Position numbers and translations under genes: made by a program | Part shown: positions 56,401-59,606 of the stretch, in pieces | Layout of the letters: every line of letters begins with the position of its first letter | Numbering within the stretch: the stretch's first letter is position 1 | The notes under the pieces: generated by a model | What the model saw: the letters and a program-made list of their open reading frames with translations, nothing else | What the model was told of the DNA's origin: nothing | Database searches by the model: none | DNA from: Granulicella sp. | GTDB taxonomy: Bacteria > Acidobacteriota > Terriglobia > Terriglobales > Acidobacteriaceae | Reading direction: 5' to 3' | NCBI GenBank assembly: GCA_003142235.1 | Contig: PLOU01000156.1 | Coordinates: 1 to 59,606, forward strand | Length of the DNA stretch: 59,606 nucleotides

Positions 56401-59237
56401 GAGCCGCTGGCGGGGAAGATGCCGGTGAACGCGAACGACTCCGAGAAGGAGTAGCCGTAGACCTCGGTCTCCGAGAGGAGGGTGAAGGGCAGAGGCCCGG
56501 TGGAGTAGCCGGATGAGCCGCTGGAGTTAAAAAAGACGGTCTGCTGCGAGTTGTAGGAGTTGGAGAAGAGGTTCGACTGGCCTGCGGGGGCGGGACCGGC
56601 CGCCGTGGGTGTGAAGGTGTATCCGATGTCGCAGACCCCGCCGGAGACCGTCGTTGCGGTGCAGGTGGTCGCGGCTGCCGAGACGTTGTAGTGCAACGTA
56701 TCGGTCGTAGTAAAGGGTAGCGACGTCCACGCGAGAGTCACGTTGCCGGCGTTGGCCAGGAACTGCAACATCGGCGGCGCTGACGTTGTGTTGATGAGCA
56801 CGTTGCCGAAGCCGATGGTGCTGGTGCGCGGGTAGGAGACCTCGCGCAGCGCGCTGTTGGCGGAGTCGATGACGAAGAGGTCGCTGGAGCCGTCGAGGGC
56901 GATGGCCAGCGGCGCATTGATGGTGGCGTCGGTGCTGGGGCCACCGTCGCCGGTGTAGCCGGGGGTCCCGGTGCCGATGACGGGATAGATGTTGGTCCCG
57001 TTGCTCATCACCGCGTAGACCGCGTAGACGATGTTCGCAGCATCGTCGGCGATGTAGATGTCACCTGCCGCATCAATGGCGAGGCCGTCCGGCGTCAGGA
57101 GGCCCGTGCCCGTGGCCACGCCGGGCGAGGTGGTGGAGGTGGTGCCGTTGCCGGCGACGATGTGGATGATGCCGGAGTTGTCGATCAGATAGACGTAGTG
57201 GGTGCCTGCATCCGCGACGGCGATGCCGTTGGGGCCAAGCGCGATGCCGCTGGGGTCATAGAAGACGGCAGAGGTGGCGGGCACATTGTTCGCGTCGATG
57301 ACGGCGCCGCTGCCGGCGACGACGCGGCGCTGCCCGCCGGCGTAGATCTCGGTGACGGAGTGCACGGAGCCGCCCTGTGCGAGGAAGAGGTCGCCGAAGC
57401 CGTCGACCGCCATGGCATTGACGTAAAGGACGGAGGTGGCATAGGAGGTGTTGACGGAGCCGTCGGCGCCAAAGCGGATGATGTTTCCGCCTCCGAGACC
57501 GCCGACGCCGGAATCGGCGATGAAGATGTTACCCGCTCCATCGACCGCCATGGCGGTGGGCGAGACCATGCCCGCGCCCTGGGCCACGACGACCTGAGCG
57601 GCACCGCCGGTCGCCGGATAGAAGAGCACATCGGCGGTGGACGAGCCGTTGCCCCGCTCCAGCACATAGGCGTCGCCGGCCGAGTCGGTGGAGACGGCGA
57701 TGGCGGCGCGCAGGCTGGAGGCGCGGGTGGAGGCCACGCCAGGAGCCAGCAGGCTGAGCGGGCCGAGGCCCAGGCCTTGCAGTTCGACGCTGATCAGCTT
57801 GCCGCTGATCGAGTCCTTGAGTTGCAGCGCGGAGTAGCGATAGCCCGGACGCGTGGGAGAGAAGGTGAGCACGACCTGGCAGATGGGGTTGGCGGAGTGC
57901 GTGAGAGGGCCGCTGCATGTGGTGCCGACGAGGTTGAAGTCCGTTCCGACCGAGAGGGTGAGATTCACCGTCTGATTGATGCTGAAGACGATGGTCTGGC
58001 TCGCGCTGGTCGAGCCCACGTTTGTTGGCGGGAAGGCCAGGTTGGTGCCCAGCTTGCGGACAATGTTGTTCTGCGAGTCGGCCAGATAGATGTTCCCACC
58101 GGTGTCCGTGGTGACGCCGAGGGGCTGGTTGAGGGGAACCAGCGAGGCAGCCTGGCCCTCCTGCGAGACGTTGTACGGGCCGGAGGCCCCGGTGGAGAGG
58201 CCGGCGATGAGGGACAGGGTGTTGGTGCCGGAGTTGAAGCTGACCACATTGTTGTGGCCGGTCCCGGACTCCGAGATGTAGAGCGAAGCGTCCGCCGAGA
58301 AGGCCAGCCCGTAGGGATTGAAGAGGGGCGTCGCCGAACTGCCGGAGTGGTCGTTGGTGCACTGCCCAACCACCGTCTGCTGCGTTGTCATTCCGGCGAT
58401 CTCGCGCACGCAGTCGTTGTTTGAATCGGCGATGAAGAGGTTGCCGTTCTTGTCGAAGGCAAGGCCCGCGGGGCGGTCGAGCGTGATTGAGCCGGTGACA
58501 CCGGAACACTGCGTGGCGGCTGCATAGGTGGAGGGCTGACCCGCAACGGAGCAGATTGTGGTGGCCGGGGCGCCGGCCAGGTGGCGCACCACCTGATTGA
58601 CGGTGACTCCCGTCCCCGAGCCCACGATCGAGATGTAGAGGTTGGAGCTGCTGTCCACGGCCAGGCCCATGGGCACCGGCGTGTCCGAATTCGTAGTGAC
58701 GATGGTGCAGGTGCCGGCGACCGTGGTCAGGGCGTTTGCGGCGAAGCTGTCGACGACTCCGCTGGCCAGGCTGCGCACGCAGTTGTGCTGGCTGTCCGCG
58801 ATGTAGAGCGTGTTGGATCTGTCGATGGCCAGGCCGGTGGGCGCCAGCAGTCCCTGTGTGGGGTCGGGCCCCGGGATGCTTGCGGTATTGCAGGTGTCCG
58901 GGCCTCCGCTGACGCGCAGTCCGGCCACCGTGGAGATATGGCCGGTGGTGTCCACCTTGCGCACGCAGTTGTTCTGCGTGTCTGAGATGTAGAGGTTGCC
59001 AAACGAATCGAAGACGATGTAGGACGGGACATTCAGGCTGGTGGCTGTTGCAACCCCCGCGTCCTGGTTGTAACCGCCCGTGCCTGTGCTGTTGCCGGCG
59101 AAACGCGAGGTTGTATCCAGCAGCGTGGCAAACTGACCGCGAGCGCTCAACGGGGCCAAACCGATGAATCCTGCGAGGAGAAGAACGAAGGGCAGGGGGA
59201 AGACTGTACGTAAATCACACAGACGAGGGGTGTTCAT
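53433..59237 (-). CDS. Giant secreted surface protein (NHL beta-propellers, Ig-like domains, 8 MBG-like repeats, Big_3-like domain)
   Basis: Signal peptide; repeated P.GLA.D..GNLYIAD units; SR.YG..NP repeats; Thr/Ser-rich; 1934 aa. Confidence 0.88.
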   Translation of the reverse strand: MNTPRLCDLRTVFPLPFVLLLAGFIGLAPLSARGQFATLLDTTSRFAGNSTGTGGYNQDAGVATATSLNVPSYIVFDSFGNLYISDTQNNCVRKVDTTGHISTVAGLRVSGGPDTCNTASIPGPDPTQGLLAPTGLAIDRSNTLYIADSQHNCVRSLASGVVDSFAANALTTVAGTCTIVTTNSDTPVPMGLAVDSSSNLYISIVGSGTGVTVNQVVRHLAGAPATTICSVAGQPSTYAAATQCSGVTGSITLDRPAGLAFDKNGNLFIADSNNDCVREIAGMTTQQTVVGQCTNDHSGSSATPLFNPYGLAFSADASLYISESGTGHNNVVSFNSGTNTLSLIAGLSTGASGPYNVSQEGQAASLVPLNQPLGVTTDTGGNIYLADSQNNIVRKLGTNLAFPPTNVGSTSASQTIVFSINQTVNLTLSVGTDFNLVGTTCSGPLTHSANPICQVVLTFSPTRPGYRYSALQLKDSISGKLISVELQGLGLGPLSLLAPGVASTRASSLRAAIAVSTDSAGDAYVLERGNGSSTADVLFYPATGGAAQVVVAQGAGMVSPTAMAVDGAGNIFIADSGVGGLGGGNIIRFGADGSVNTSYATSVLYVNAMAVDGFGDLFLAQGGSVHSVTEIYAGGQRRVVAGSGAVIDANNVPATSAVFYDPSGIALGPNGIAVADAGTHYVYLIDNSGIIHIVAGNGTTSTTSPGVATGTGLLTPDGLAIDAAGDIYIADDAANIVYAVYAVMSNGTNIYPVIGTGTPGYTGDGGPSTDATINAPLAIALDGSSDLFVIDSANSALREVSYPRTSTIGFGNVLINTTSAPPMLQFLANAGNVTLAWTSLPFTTTDTLHYNVSAAATTCTATTVSGGVCDIGYTFTPTAAGPAPAGQSNLFSNSYNSQQTVFFNSSGSSGYSTGPLPFTLLSETEVYGYSFSESFAFTGIFPASGSIVFYYGSQILCQTSISNASAGTITCNANPSGLPVGTYPVNFTFTSTNSYYTSVTGTTTLNVTKAPLTINVNSYTRQYGAPNPTCGWTISGVVNNDVINVSCSISATTLSPVGTYTITANVTGANIADYNVIINFGTLTITQSATPLIITVNNASRPYDTSNPPFSSTITGEAPGDTFNITYSTSATIPSPVGNYAINGSISGANLSNYSSIQVVSGTLSITPATTALVVSCNSTSRQYGTANPTFGYTIGGLLNGDNVTVTCSTAATIASPVGGYAIIPSISGPAAANYSLTAVQGTLTITPASAVTITVNSVSRPYGTPNPTFTSTISGALNGDTFLLTYTTPAVLNSPVGQYAINASITGGSNLSNYGSVTVVSGLLTITPAAAVTLTVNSVSRAYGAANPTFTYANTSGVLNGDTFTLVYSTAATIASPVGSYPITAVVSSSASNYTSVTVLPGTLTITPVALQVTCSSASRQYGTANPAFGYSDSGLLNGDNVTFTCSTVATIASPVGSYAITPSSFGPAAGNYTLSPVDGTLTITLASAVTLTVNSVSRAYGAANPTFTYANTSGVLNGDTFTLVYSTAATPASPVGSYPITAVVSSSASNYTSVTVLPGTLTITPLATPLVITVNNAARAYAAPNPTFTSAITGAAPGDTFTVTYATTATVLSDVGSYPITATVTGANIGNYATVTIVPGTLAITPLATVTTVTTSASPITQGASVTFTAAVTYGASVPVTAATVNFYNGTGTTPLCAATLNSSGVATCTTSTLLVGTLTITATYQATLDFASSSGTVAQAVNTGSFTLTATPPTQFISGPGSSVYAVTVSSVQGFAGPVSLACSGLPADATCTFATPTVTLTGTGNGDSVTTTMTVTTTLADARLILPALPAPAGRTPSGLSPIAFAAVFPFGLLAFFGFSRRRRGSPRSGRAPNLRLLLALCCTAAIVSLAGCACLSSINQVYTIPITGTTTVSGVAAQSTSVSLTVAQE
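54537..55250. repeat. Near-identical intragenic duplication of an MBG-like module
   Basis: About 54537-54770 matches about 55011-55244 (offset 474) with only a few substitutions. Confidence 0.85.
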
Positions 59238-59606
59238 GTTGAAGGAACTCCAGGAATGGGTCGCCGTTCAGGTTGCATCTGCACAGACCTCTCTCAGGGC
59301 CGTGCCGGGCGTTTCGGAAATTGCTGTCACTCCGCGCATTTTCAACATTATAGGTTTGGCCTGAATGGAAGGACACGAAAATCGCAGACGACGCCAGGAA
59401 TTTTAGTTATAGGTTGGAGACGTTACCGACTGAGTACTACTGGTTACCCGCGCGGGATTGCAGGACCGGGAGCGGAGATTTCTGCCTTTAGACTGTTCTG
59501 CCGAACAGAGGCTGGAATGCGTGTTTTTCGTTTGTTCTTTGTCCGCAGCCGTGGATGTTGCGGCTCAACGGGTGATTCCGATCCAGGCGCGATCAGGAGT
59601 GGGAGA

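Noticed and set aside
59440-59560. c-di-GMP-I riboswitch upstream of the giant adhesin
   Set aside because: Only scattered words (GAAA, ACGCA, CTAA) on the minus strand, without the GGCAAA element or supporting stems; an Infernal search would settle it.

Overview
High-GC bacterial chromosome window. Gene content and style point to Acidobacteriota (Acidobacteriaceae-like); this is an inference, no database was searched. It carries about 45 mostly housekeeping genes: hpnI, arnT-like, GH57, alkA, purN, rnj, dapA/dapD, S2P-trpS-scpA-[pit]-scpB-rluB, hscA-fdx-iscX, tldD/pmbA, rpe, bamD, murJ, trpD, sucCD, ndk and gabD-like. It also has an arsenic cluster (arsC, arsM, arsR, acr3), three type II TA pairs (two BrnT/BrnA, one ParE/ParD), and a giant NHL/MBG/Ig surface protein with an OmpA-like partner. 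I found no CRISPR array, rRNA, intact tRNA or intact transposase. Best candidates for undescribed biology: (1) the giant protein's last Ig domain is split by a transmembrane hairpin and an internal lipobox, a possible C-terminal lipopeptide strand-complementation anchor; (2) an intergenic array of 25-bp YAA-N19-TTR boxes at 29-bp period; (3) two equal-length zinc-ribbon paralogues with a fully swapped 14-aa loop between tldD and pmbA; (4) several small repeat families that enter reading frames or supply stop codons, including an IS630-like MITE nested in a REP hairpin. Also seen: a tRNA-Cys 3'-half att scar, four GC-skew switches and many probable leaderless genes. All coordinates were read by hand.
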